Part shown: one piece after another, positions 25,941-34,191 of the stretch | Layout: each line of letters starts with the position of its first letter | Position numbering within the stretch: position 1 is the first letter of the stretch | DNA from: a virus | Lineage: Duplodnaviria > Caudoviricetes | Length of the DNA stretch: 53,519 nucleotides | IMG/VR virus record: IMGVR_UViG_3300020193_000033 | Location: 1 to 53,519 of that record | Direction: 5' to 3' (one strand) | Program-made: the position numbers and the translations under genes | The notes under the pieces: model-generated | The model's database searches: none | Told to the model about the DNA's origin: nothing | What the model saw: the letters and a program-made list of their open reading frames with translations, nothing else

Positions 25941-26168
25941 CTATTCCTCATCTACTCCCAAGTTCCCAACGCTCGGGAATGACGGGATCACCGCATGTGT
26001 CACAAGTGAACATGGTTCTCCTCTATCTTGCATTACTTGGTTGTTTATTATTAGGGATAGAAGAAAGCGGTTGATTTCCGCTTCTAATGAAGTATGTATC
26101 CGTTGAAATTGCGATAAAGTAATCTTCTCATCAACAGATACTTTGATGTTTATCGTTGATTTAATCAT
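25941..26168 (-). CDS. Hypothetical protein
   Basis: TAATG coupling; AAAGGA RBS. Confidence 0.55.
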   Translation of the reverse strand: MIKSTINIKVSVDEKITLSQFQRIHTSLEAEINRFLLSLIINNQVMQDRGEPCSLVTHAVIPSFPSVGNLGVDEE

Positions 26169-26428
26169 TACCAAGTCCTTTCAGCAAATTCCGCTGCTGC
26201 TTCGGCTTGGTTTTGAAAATAATCTCCTGTTGAGCATGAACCAGTGATTTCGTTATAAGTCCATACAACATAGGGGCTGTTAACGGACTTAGGCGCATAG
26301 CACAGAACAGTAGTATTTGAAGCATCGTTTGGAACGGGTTTGAAGAGCAATACTGTTGCTCCCTCCGATACACCTTTGCCCTGTAATACTGTTCCGCATC
26401 TTATTACGGATACAATAGGCTCAGTCAT
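26168..26428 (-). CDS. Hypothetical phage protein
   Basis: AGAAAGGAG RBS; PYVVW...GDYF...A..EFAER. Confidence 0.7.
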   Translation of the reverse strand: MTEPIVSVIRCGTVLQGKGVSEGATVLLFKPVPNDASNTTVLCYAPKSVNSPYVVWTYNEITGSCSTGDYFQNQAEAAAEFAERTW

Positions 26429-26473
26429 TGTGTTCTCCTTTCTTTACTATTGGTTTGATGGGGAAATAAGGGG

Positions 26474-26537
26474 AAAAAAAACAAAAAAAATAAGCCCCTT
26501 CAACTTACAGTCGAAAAGACTATAAGTCAAAGGGGCT
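26474..26537 (-). terminator. Intrinsic terminator inside the early region
   Basis: Long stem AGCCCCUU...AAGGGGCU followed by a long U-rich tract on the minus strand. Confidence 0.75.
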
Positions 26538-26570
26538 CTTCCCCATGCGCACAAAAATTTCGCGGGGGAC

Positions 26571-26708
26571 TTACTTTGTCGTTACATCAGGCATAGAAGG
26601 CACAACCTTCTCTATCTTGGCTCTGTTGTAACGGCGTAATCGAATTAAGTTGAGAACAGTTAAATAAGCGATACAGAACATACCGCCAAATAAAATAAAC
26701 TCAAACAT
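26571..26708 (-). CDS. 45-aa single-TM protein
   Basis: AGGAG RBS; MFEFILFGGMFCIAYLTVLNLIRLRRY... Confidence 0.6.
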   Translation of the reverse strand: MFEFILFGGMFCIAYLTVLNLIRLRRYNRAKIEKVVPSMPDVTTK

Positions 26709-26934
26709 TCGTTACTCCTGTCTTCCTACGGGGAATTGCTCGGGGAATTACTCCTGTTTTCCAATGAGGAATGTGGTTGCTATCTGCTCTACCACCAATG
26801 GCTTTCCAAGACTCACGCAAAGCATGAGACTCAGCACTACGACCATTTACATGGGCGAAGTTCGTCTTCGGGGGTTGAGCTGAACCAGGGTTCTTCTTGA
26901 ACGCTTTTCCATTCTTGCGTTGGCTATTAGTCAT
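26701..26934 (-). CDS. Basic hypothetical protein
   Basis: Start refined to MTNSQRK after AGAAAGGAG. Confidence 0.65.
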   Translation of the reverse strand: MTNSQRKNGKAFKKNPGSAQPPKTNFAHVNGRSAESHALRESWKAIGGRADSNHIPHWKTGVIPRAIPRRKTGVTNV

Positions 26935-26947
26935 AACAGACTCCTTT

Positions 26948-27404
26948 CTGATAGCCAAGAGCATACACAGAGATTAGGCATTGTTCCAGCAAGGGTAGAA
27001 AGAATAAGACCCAAGTGTTATAGCCGATAAGGAGAAAGGGGGTTAGTCCCTATGTATGCTCTTAGCCATCAGAGTAATACGCCCCAACCGACAAATAAAC
27101 AGGGGTCGGCGGGGGCGTATTCTCTTTTAGACAGAAGACACAAGTTGTTAGATAGCCACCTACGAAGAGAGAATACAGTCCGCCTAGACTACTCTTGCCA
27201 AAAGGCAGTTCGTCTAGGTTATGGACACTCCCTATCTATACTCACAGTTATCCGCAAACTAAGTATGCGAACTATCTGCTAATAGCGATACGGGGCATTA
27301 CCAAACCCGCTTGGACTCTCAAAGATGAGAGTTCGCTATCGGCAGTAGCCAAGTGATAACTATGAGTATAGATAAGGGCAGGGAGAGCCTAAACTCCCCC
27401 TGCC
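26948..27404 (-). ncRNA. Array of long RNA hairpins (structured intercistronic RNA)
   Basis: Six helices including 23-bp and 20-bp stems. In those two and in the 27377-27404 hairpin the plus-strand mismatches are all A/C, i.e. G-U on the minus strand. Confidence 0.65.
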
Positions 27405-27422
27405 ATGCGATTTACGCCACGA

Positions 27423-27941
27423 TTAGGCGTGGGTAGCGACCTGCTTATCAACGACCCTAAATGACCCCTGAAGGGCTGTCATACGGGAGAGCAAACGCTC
27501 AAATGAGTTGGTCTGCCCTAGTGTTGGGTATAGCGGATTACTCTCAATAGCCTTGACCGCTGAGTCAATGCTATCAAGTTGGTCGGTGAGATACTCGCCG
27601 TTAGCCACGCTTTCGGCAAGTAGGATTTCCTTATTAACAACCATCTCAGCACGAAAGGCGTCAAGTTGCTTGACGATTTCGGAAGGTTTAGCGTTGGTGT
27701 CTATCTTGTCGTAGGCATAGGCAAGAACCCTGATGTTCTTGGATACTACCTTGTCCTCTACACCGAGGTAGATAAGATACGCACCCCACGCCTTGCCACG
27801 AGAAGTCTTGGAAGGCTTCTCACCAAGTAAGTCGTTAGGGGAGGTTGCTGTGCCGTCAGAAAATACCTGAGCGACAATACCGAGCAACTCGGAGGTGTTG
27901 CTTTTGATGATGGCGCGAGCCATCTCTAGTGATGTATTCAC
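27423..27941 (-). CDS. First gene of the leftward unit, hypothetical helical protein
   Basis: Start refined to GTG (VNTSLEM) after AGAAAGGG. Confidence 0.7.
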   Translation of the reverse strand: MNTSLEMARAIIKSNTSELLGIVAQVFSDGTATSPNDLLGEKPSKTSRGKAWGAYLIYLGVEDKVVSKNIRVLAYAYDKIDTNAKPSEIVKQLDAFRAEMVVNKEILLAESVANGEYLTDQLDSIDSAVKAIESNPLYPTLGQTNSFERLLSRMTALQGSFRVVDKQVATHA

Positions 27942-28128
27942 TAGCGTTCCCTTTCTGTATAAGCCATGCGAGCGCATGACTAGCGCCTATGCGGGGATAA
28001 CTTCAGTTGAACCCCGCATAGGCAACGCAGGAAGGCTACCTAACAGGAGGCGTGTAGGTATAGAAATACCACCTACCGCCTAACTTGGTCGCGCTTGCGA
28101 GCCACCCCCTATGGATATCGAATTACCA

Positions 28129-28156
28129 CCCCCCACCCTTAAACCCCTAGCACCCC
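28129..28156 (-). other. G-quadruplex-compatible tract at the divergence point
   Basis: GGGG-TGCTA-GGGG-TTTAA-GGG-T-GGGGGG on the minus strand. Confidence 0.55.
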
Positions 28157-28199
28157 GACTTTGCAGCAGCTGAAACAAACTAGTACGACTATGTTTACA

Positions 28200-28250
28200 A
28201 GGCAGTAGCCGGACAACTCCAGACCTTTGTCATTTCAGGCAGTGGCCGGA
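28200..28250 (+). repeat. 14-bp direct repeat pair
   Basis: AGGCAGTAGCCGGA (28200-13) and AGGCAGTGGCCGGA (28237-50). Confidence 0.7.
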
Positions 28251-28254
28251 GAGG

Positions 28255-28260
28255 TATAGT
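28255..28260 (+). promoter_or_regulatory. Leaderless -10 element
   Basis: TATAGT 6 nt before ATG 28267. Confidence 0.6.
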
Positions 28261-28266
28261 GCAAAC

Positions 28267-28737
28267 ATGGCCAGAAGGAATCAAAACATAGATCCAAGCT
28301 ACTTTCGTCGTAGACAACAAGCGGAAGAGCAACAAGGCGATAGAACCTTTAACATTCAACAAGCTATCGCAGATCGCATGGGAGCGCCTAGAAATTTATT
28401 AGACGAGAAAAGTTCAGGCTATAATCCATTCGGACCAGGGTATGAGGTAGTAATCGCTCCTACAACTAATTTAAGTTTTCCTAGAGCCAAAGTATTAGGC
28501 TATAACAAAGATACAGGAACGCTAGTAATTATCTTTCGTGACAACAAGTGGATTATGTACACAGAGTCGATAGAGGAAGAGCTATGGGAAGGCTTGAAGT
28601 CTTCCGACTCTACAGGTAAATACCTCTACTATAACGGTATTGACACCCTTCCCTGGCAAGAAGTAACCAATTCCCCCGGTATGTTGCCCCGTAAAGTCCC
28701 CGACAACCTCCAGTACGGTAGCGAAGAAGGTCGTTAG
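28267..28737 (+). CDS. KTSC-domain protein
   Basis: GYNKDTGTLVIIFRD...Y...WEGLKSSDSTGKYL pattern. Confidence 0.7.
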   Translation: MARRNQNIDPSYFRRRQQAEEQQGDRTFNIQQAIADRMGAPRNLLDEKSSGYNPFGPGYEVVIAPTTNLSFPRAKVLGYNKDTGTLVIIFRDNKWIMYTESIEEELWEGLKSSDSTGKYLYYNGIDTLPWQEVTNSPGMLPRKVPDNLQYGSEEGR

Positions 28738-28808
28738 CTCTGATAGTATTAATACTCGGCTAGGGTGTATCACACCAATACGGGCCCCCGAAATGTTGAA
28801 GGGTATTA

Positions 28809-29375
28809 ATGACAACACTTGCTGCTATACAAGGTGATGGCTGGGCCGTTATAGGTTGCGATTCACGAGCATCTGATGAAGGTGGTCGTTATATGGAACT
28901 AGCAAACTCTAAGATTATTAATAATAACGGAATCTTAATTGCCGTATCTGGTGCATCCCGTGGTGGAAACATTGCACAGTTAGGTTGGAAAGCCCCCAAA
29001 CCTCGAGTTGGAGAAGAGTTAGATCGTTTCATTACCCGCCGTTTTATCCCCTCAATGCGTAAAGCTTTCATTGAGGCTGGCTTTGATGGTAAAGAAGATG
29101 GCGACGCTGCTTGGCAAGACTCTAACCTTCTAGTTGTTGTTAGAGGCGTTATATACCCGATCTTTAATGATTACTCTTGGGATCGAGAAGCCCGCCGCGT
29201 TTACTATGCCGGCAGTGGTGGAGATATAGCTCTTGGAGCTTTAGAGGCCTATAACTATACGAAAGTAAGTACACCGGCCGTCGCGGAAAAGATTTTGAAG
29301 AAGGCTATTGAGATCTCCTGCAAGCATGATATCTATTCAGGTGGAAACATTCATACATACGTACAGGAGGAATAA
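28809..29375 (+). CDS. Proteasome-beta/HslV-like Ntn protease
   Basis: M-TT N-terminal nucleophile, GCDSRAS, SKI Lys, YAGSGG, D.YSGG. Confidence 0.85.
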   Translation: MTTLAAIQGDGWAVIGCDSRASDEGGRYMELANSKIINNNGILIAVSGASRGGNIAQLGWKAPKPRVGEELDRFITRRFIPSMRKAFIEAGFDGKEDGDAAWQDSNLLVVVRGVIYPIFNDYSWDREARRVYYAGSGGDIALGALEAYNYTKVSTPAVAEKILKKAIEISCKHDIYSGGNIHTYVQEE

Positions 29376-29437
29376 ACTGTGTCACTATATGTGGGTTCAA
29401 ACCCGAACAATCACCTTGATCAAGTGAAGGAAATTTA

Positions 29438-29971
29438 ATGGCAAACGATACATCAGGAAACATTAAGGTTGACTTCGTGTGGGGTAACCTACCGATGCAA
29501 CCTGACGACGAACGTGTTGGAGATGGAAGCTCTACCACAGTCGTAGCTGCAAATTCTGCACAAAATGTAGATTGGAGCGGCTATTCTGTTAAAGCAAGCC
29601 CAGCTCTAACAAAGACAGATATTACAGTTACACTTAGCCCAGGACTTGGCTCACCAGGAACAGTTGTAGGAAACAACCATAGTATTGCACTTAACAACTG
29701 GAACGGTTATCCAGACTACACTCCTGAAGCACCATTCCTAGATACAATTGACCAAGCTGCAATTCCTAACGTAGTAGGATTGACAGAGGCTGCAGCTAAT
29801 ACTGCACTCGTTGCTGCTGGCTTTGTTAAGGGTGCTGTAACCACTGCAAATAACGCAGCTGGTGCAACAGCACAGAATGATGGACTAGTAAAGACTCAAA
29901 CTCCAGCTGCCGCAACAGTGGCAAACCTTGGAGCTTCAGTTGCTCTTGTCAAGTTCGCATTCACCGCATAG
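29438..29971 (+). CDS. PASTA-domain protein (probably virion-associated)
   Basis: IPNVVGLTEAAANTALVAAGF...GLVKTQTPAA.T...GASVAL; AAGGA RBS. Confidence 0.75.
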   Translation: MANDTSGNIKVDFVWGNLPMQPDDERVGDGSSTTVVAANSAQNVDWSGYSVKASPALTKTDITVTLSPGLGSPGTVVGNNHSIALNNWNGYPDYTPEAPFLDTIDQAAIPNVVGLTEAAANTALVAAGFVKGAVTTANNAAGATAQNDGLVKTQTPAAATVANLGASVALVKFAFTA

Positions 29972-29987
29972 TACAACTGAATAGCGC

Positions 29988-30019
29988 AGAGGCCGGTGGA
30001 GTTTATCTCCCCGGCCTTT
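29988..30019 (+). terminator. Terminator hairpin
   Basis: AGAGGCCGG-TGGAG...CTCC-CCGGCCTTT. Confidence 0.65.
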
Positions 30020-30042
30020 GGCATTTGTGAGAAGATTGCTCT

Positions 30043-30258
30043 ATGACAACTGTTAAAGAAGTCCAAGAAGTTTTAGTAGAAGTCACTGTAGTAGATCGTT
30101 GCGACCGATGCCCAGCCCGGGCTGGAGTTAGGGTAGATATGCCCTCTGGAATCCTTGTATTTTGCTTCCATCATTACAATAGGCACGCTAAAGCCCTTAC
30201 AGACCAAGGAGGAATTGCTAGACTTCTGAGTACCAACCAAGAGCGGAGTTTTTCGTGA
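30043..30258 (+). CDS. Small Zn-finger protein of actinobacterial type
   Basis: DRCDRCPARA...LVFCFHH. Confidence 0.7.
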   Translation: MTTVKEVQEVLVEVTVVDRCDRCPARAGVRVDMPSGILVFCFHHYNRHAKALTDQGGIARLLSTNQERSFS

Positions 30259-30923
30259 ATAAATCAGTAAACAACCTACCGGTTAATCCAAGTTCTGGAG
30301 GCGGAAGTGGGGGTGGTTGGGTAAATAAAATTTTTGGCATGTTCCGTGCAAGAAGTATGGAGCAGCTTAATAAAGAACGTTTTGCCTGGCAGCAACAGTT
30401 TTTAACTGAAGAAATGAGCAAGAGATCCATGAATGCTGCAGCTGCTCAAGCTGCTGGCAAAGTTGTTGGTACAGACATGGTTCAAAAGAACAACGCAAAA
30501 AATGCTTTTGCATTTGAAAAAAAGCGCACGTCTAAAAATAAAAAAACTGGTGAATTTAATTACCCAGCGCTTCAAAAGTATGGTCCTGCTGAAGATCCAT
30601 TAAATGCTCGTTGGTCTCCACGTTCGGGAGTTGCCTATCAAGAGTCAATGTTACAACGTCAAGATGCTATGGCAAGAGGTAAAGATGTCCAGGAATTTCC
30701 GGTGATGGCACCTAAACGTAAAAAACGACCCTATGTAACTAAAAAAGAAGTTTCTGACGCAGTTTCTAGTGGAAATATTCAAGAAGCAGAAGGTCTTGGA
30801 TTAAACAAAGCTTATGATTCCATGGTAGCCAAGCGTGAAGATAGTGCTGGAAAAATAGATACTACTCCGTCTGTTGGACCAAAGAAAGTTCGTAAACCTA
30901 GGGTACGTAAAGCGGGCGCATAG
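30255..30923 (+). CDS. Basic low-complexity protein
   Basis: GGAG RBS, GTG start. Confidence 0.7.
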   Translation: MNKSVNNLPVNPSSGGGSGGGWVNKIFGMFRARSMEQLNKERFAWQQQFLTEEMSKRSMNAAAAQAAGKVVGTDMVQKNNAKNAFAFEKKRTSKNKKTGEFNYPALQKYGPAEDPLNARWSPRSGVAYQESMLQRQDAMARGKDVQEFPVMAPKRKKRPYVTKKEVSDAVSSGNIQEAEGLGLNKAYDSMVAKREDSAGKIDTTPSVGPKKVRKPRVRKAGA

Positions 30924-33280
30924 TGGCAAAAGAAAAAAAACCAAGAAAGCCAAAGCGTAAGGGTATTGAAGATCCTCGCAAAGCTGAACGAAAGAAATCT
31001 CGTTCTGAAGCATTGAGCAAACGTACTGAACGTGATATAGCTGAGTATGCGGGACGTCGTGCTGCACGTAACATTACTCCTAAGCCTAAAGAATCAACCC
31101 CAATTGTTGATACTACTGTTGCTAGGCCAATAGCAAAACCAAACGAAACTTTAGAAGCAAACCCTACTGGTTATGGCGAAAGAATTACCACCCCTCGTCA
31201 AAAAGCTAAACTAGATCCAAGAGATGCTGCAGAAGATAGGGCAACTGTTGAAGCAGTGCAAAAGTTTGAAGCAGAGCCGCCAAAATCAGATCCTACAGTT
31301 ATTAAAACTATTATGGAAAAACGCAGAGCTGCAAAAGCAGCATCTGCCGCTTCTAGAACAAACCTAACTGAAGACGCTACTGTTAGTGGTGTAGGTATGG
31401 GAGAAGAACCCACCCCCGCTCAACAAAGATTCCAAGAAGCTCAGCGTGGCCCCTCTACCCTAGGAAATATTAATTACAGTAGGACTGCTACTCCTACTCC
31501 AGAACTTGTTCCTACCCAATCCCCTAGACGAGCTGAAAAGCGTCTACAAAGGGGAATGCAGAACCCACCGGTAGCTAGAACAGCTAATGAAGAGTCTAGA
31601 TACGAAATTGATAGCGTATCAAAACGTCTAGCTGCAAGTTCTTTGTTTGATAGGGGTATTGAACCTAACGAAGATTCGATAGAAGTAGAACGTATGACTA
31701 ATGTCGAGCACGATCAAAAAGCCCGTGTTATGACATATACCAATTTGTCTCATGATGAGATTACAAATTATCTTGGAAAAAATGACAGAGAAGCAAGAAA
31801 TCGTCTTTCTACTCTTCATGAAGGTGTTATGCAGTTCCAACGTTCTCGACGTAAAATGGAAATTCACAGAGAGATGGGATTAGAAAAAATTGCAGAAAAT
31901 GAATTTAAACCAACAGAAGCTGCAAAAACACAATTTTGGCAACATCCTACGGAAACTGACAAATCAGGAGCTCCAAAAGTTTATAGAGTTTCTGACATGC
32001 ACCCCGATATGGTCAAGCAATTGCAACATCCATGGGGAGGACAAAGAACAGTACAAGAAGTTGAAGGTACTAAAGGATCTGCAGCTTCAGGAACTGTTGA
32101 GCCTGTAATAACTCATTATGGACATCATAAAGGTGGAGATAGAAACAGACCTACTTGGAGATTTACTGCACCTCCTAAAGGATGGGGAGAAGACGGCTCT
32201 CTTGCTGGATCGCTTAAAGATAGAGAAACTTTAGCTAAGGTAGGTATTACTCCAAACGTTTCTACGATGATTGCTCGTGTTCTTCAAGGATTTAGAGGCG
32301 ATATTGATGTTCTTAAGCAAAAAGGCGATGATTCTAGATCCTCTAGACAACGCCATCAGGATGACGTAACCGGACTTTTAGAAGCAGCTCAATCTTCACA
32401 CGATGAAGTATCCGGCAGACCTAGCAGGGGTTTTGTAGGAAAACGCAAAGTCGCTAAAGGTATTCAAAAAGTTCCTGGTCCAGGATTTAGTAACGTTGAA
32501 GAGTTAGTTCCTATTCCCGTTGGAAGACCAAAAAGAAGTAAAGACGATATGTTTACTATTAAAGGAGAGGGTATACCTGCAGTTCGAGACGAACAAGGTA
32601 ATCCTAAGCCTTTGCCTCCTCGTGCCGGACGTCGTGGTGGCACTACGGTTGTAGAAAACCCTGTAACTGGAGAGTCTCAGCAACGTCGTGCTGTATTAGT
32701 TACTCAGACCGGTACTGGTGGATTTTCAGAAGAAGATCTACGTAAGGTATATGCAGGCCGTAGATCTGATGAAATGGGCAAAATGTTCCGCGGTCCTCAA
32801 CCTCAAGGAAGACAGCTTTCATTTGATTTCGGCGTAAAAATTCAACAAGACGCTGGCGCTGCTCGTGCACAAGATGAAGCAGCTTCTGGAAAACCTAGAA
32901 TATCTGGATATGCCAATGAGGTTAGGCAGGTAAGTGATTTTAATAATCGTGAAGAGGCTCCTACACCAAAGGCAGCTTCAAAACAATACATGATTCCATT
33001 TGAAGGTAGGAGTCGTCAATTCTTGGGCGGTAATGTACGTGCGCTTACAGAACAAGAAGCTAACGTAGAAACTGCTGGCGCTAACACAGTGCGAGGATCT
33101 AATCCTCCACGACGTCTATTTGACGTGGGTGTGCCAGAACCTACGGCTGCAAGAAGTAAACAGCTTCCTCCTAAAGAAGGCAAGACTATGCCATTAATTG
33201 GCAGAATATTGCCTGCAGGAGAAGGTAGCCCTAAAAAACCTAGAAAGACTTCTGAGAAGGCTCCTAAGAAGGGCCAGTAA
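30923..33280 (+). CDS. Large basic disordered protein (possible internal virion protein)
   Basis: 785 aa, rich in R/K/E/P/G, no Cys, basic termini. Confidence 0.75.
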   Translation: MAKEKKPRKPKRKGIEDPRKAERKKSRSEALSKRTERDIAEYAGRRAARNITPKPKESTPIVDTTVARPIAKPNETLEANPTGYGERITTPRQKAKLDPRDAAEDRATVEAVQKFEAEPPKSDPTVIKTIMEKRRAAKAASAASRTNLTEDATVSGVGMGEEPTPAQQRFQEAQRGPSTLGNINYSRTATPTPELVPTQSPRRAEKRLQRGMQNPPVARTANEESRYEIDSVSKRLAASSLFDRGIEPNEDSIEVERMTNVEHDQKARVMTYTNLSHDEITNYLGKNDREARNRLSTLHEGVMQFQRSRRKMEIHREMGLEKIAENEFKPTEAAKTQFWQHPTETDKSGAPKVYRVSDMHPDMVKQLQHPWGGQRTVQEVEGTKGSAASGTVEPVITHYGHHKGGDRNRPTWRFTAPPKGWGEDGSLAGSLKDRETLAKVGITPNVSTMIARVLQGFRGDIDVLKQKGDDSRSSRQRHQDDVTGLLEAAQSSHDEVSGRPSRGFVGKRKVAKGIQKVPGPGFSNVEELVPIPVGRPKRSKDDMFTIKGEGIPAVRDEQGNPKPLPPRAGRRGGTTVVENPVTGESQQRRAVLVTQTGTGGFSEEDLRKVYAGRRSDEMGKMFRGPQPQGRQLSFDFGVKIQQDAGAARAQDEAASGKPRISGYANEVRQVSDFNNREEAPTPKAASKQYMIPFEGRSRQFLGGNVRALTEQEANVETAGANTVRGSNPPRRLFDVGVPEPTAARSKQLPPKEGKTMPLIGRILPAGEGSPKKPRKTSEKAPKKGQ

Positions 33281-33459
33281 TGAACAGAAAGTCTAGCTTT
33301 AAGCAGAATACTTCTAAAGCACGGGGTGCTAAGTCTTTACGACATAATGCTAGGGAAGCCGCTGAATACTTAAGCGGTATACCTTACCTGCCTAAAATTG
33401 ACAAAGACGTACAGTTACGTACGCCTGGTCGTGGAGTAAGCGGAGAATCTAGTAACTAA
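33280..33459 (+). CDS. 59-aa basic protein
   Basis: Not in the track; TAATG coupling on both sides. Confidence 0.6.
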   Translation: MNRKSSFKQNTSKARGAKSLRHNAREAAEYLSGIPYLPKIDKDVQLRTPGRGVSGESSN

Positions 33460-33737
33460 TGGGACGTCGTAAAAAGGATCTTAATTACGGTACACGAAAA
33501 GTACGGATGAGCGTTTCTGACCGTACATCTAAATCAGCACGCCCTTGGAATGATCCCAGAGTTGTAAACGCTTCTATTGCCTACGGTGTTCCTCTTGCTA
33601 GCTATAAGCAAGTACATTTATACGAAAATAGACAAGAATCTACTGGCGGGTTAACCCCCAAAGAACGTATGACCTGCGGTCCATGCGGACAATTTAAAAA
33701 CGACTGCTCATGTGGAGAGGCTCAAACAAATGGCTAA
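33459..33737 (+). CDS. Basic protein with C-terminal Cys cluster
   Basis: CGPC...CSC. Confidence 0.65.
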   Translation: MGRRKKDLNYGTRKVRMSVSDRTSKSARPWNDPRVVNASIAYGVPLASYKQVHLYENRQESTGGLTPKERMTCGPCGQFKNDCSCGEAQTNG

Positions 33738-34191
33738 ATCAGCAGCTTGGAAACGCAAAGAGGGTAAAAACCCTGAAGGCGGACTAAATGCTAAAGGACG
33801 TGCATCATATAAACGTGAAACCGGTGGAACATTAAAACCACCCGTGTCTAGAGAACAAGCTAAAAAATCAGAGTCTGCCGCACGTGCTAACGCTTTACGA
33901 GTAGGTCAATCAACGCATCATTTAGTGGCCCAACCAGGAACAAGCAGCGATCATAATTCCAAAAGATTTACTCCTAAAATGCAGCAGGAACGAAGTAAGG
34001 AAGTACCACCAGAATGGCTTGGCGCAACTACTCCAGAAGAAGCTATGGCTGATTTAAGAGATTCAGCGGCACGAGGAATTATGGCTTGTGATTGGGGATG
34101 TACTCAGAAAGTACAGAGTAGAGGTTGTGCTCAACATGCTCAAGCTAGGTGGGCTCCAATCCAACCTGGACGGCAATTTAGGACAACATGA
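33730..34191 (+). CDS. DUF6321-like N-terminus with unrelated C-terminus
   Basis: MAKSAAWKRKEGKNPEGGLNAKGRASY...LKPPV. Confidence 0.65.
   Translation: MAKSAAWKRKEGKNPEGGLNAKGRASYKRETGGTLKPPVSREQAKKSESAARANALRVGQSTHHLVAQPGTSSDHNSKRFTPKMQQERSKEVPPEWLGATTPEEAMADLRDSAARGIMACDWGCTQKVQSRGCAQHAQARWAPIQPGRQFRTT

Noticed and set aside
27052-27282. 76-aa plus ORF with a purine-rich upstream tract
   Set aside because: Runs through hairpins whose wobble pairs favour a minus-strand RNA; product is not protein-like. Not fully excluded.
29390-29430. tRNA suggested by GGGTTCAAACCC
   Set aside because: Only a T-arm-like hairpin; no acceptor, D or anticodon arms.
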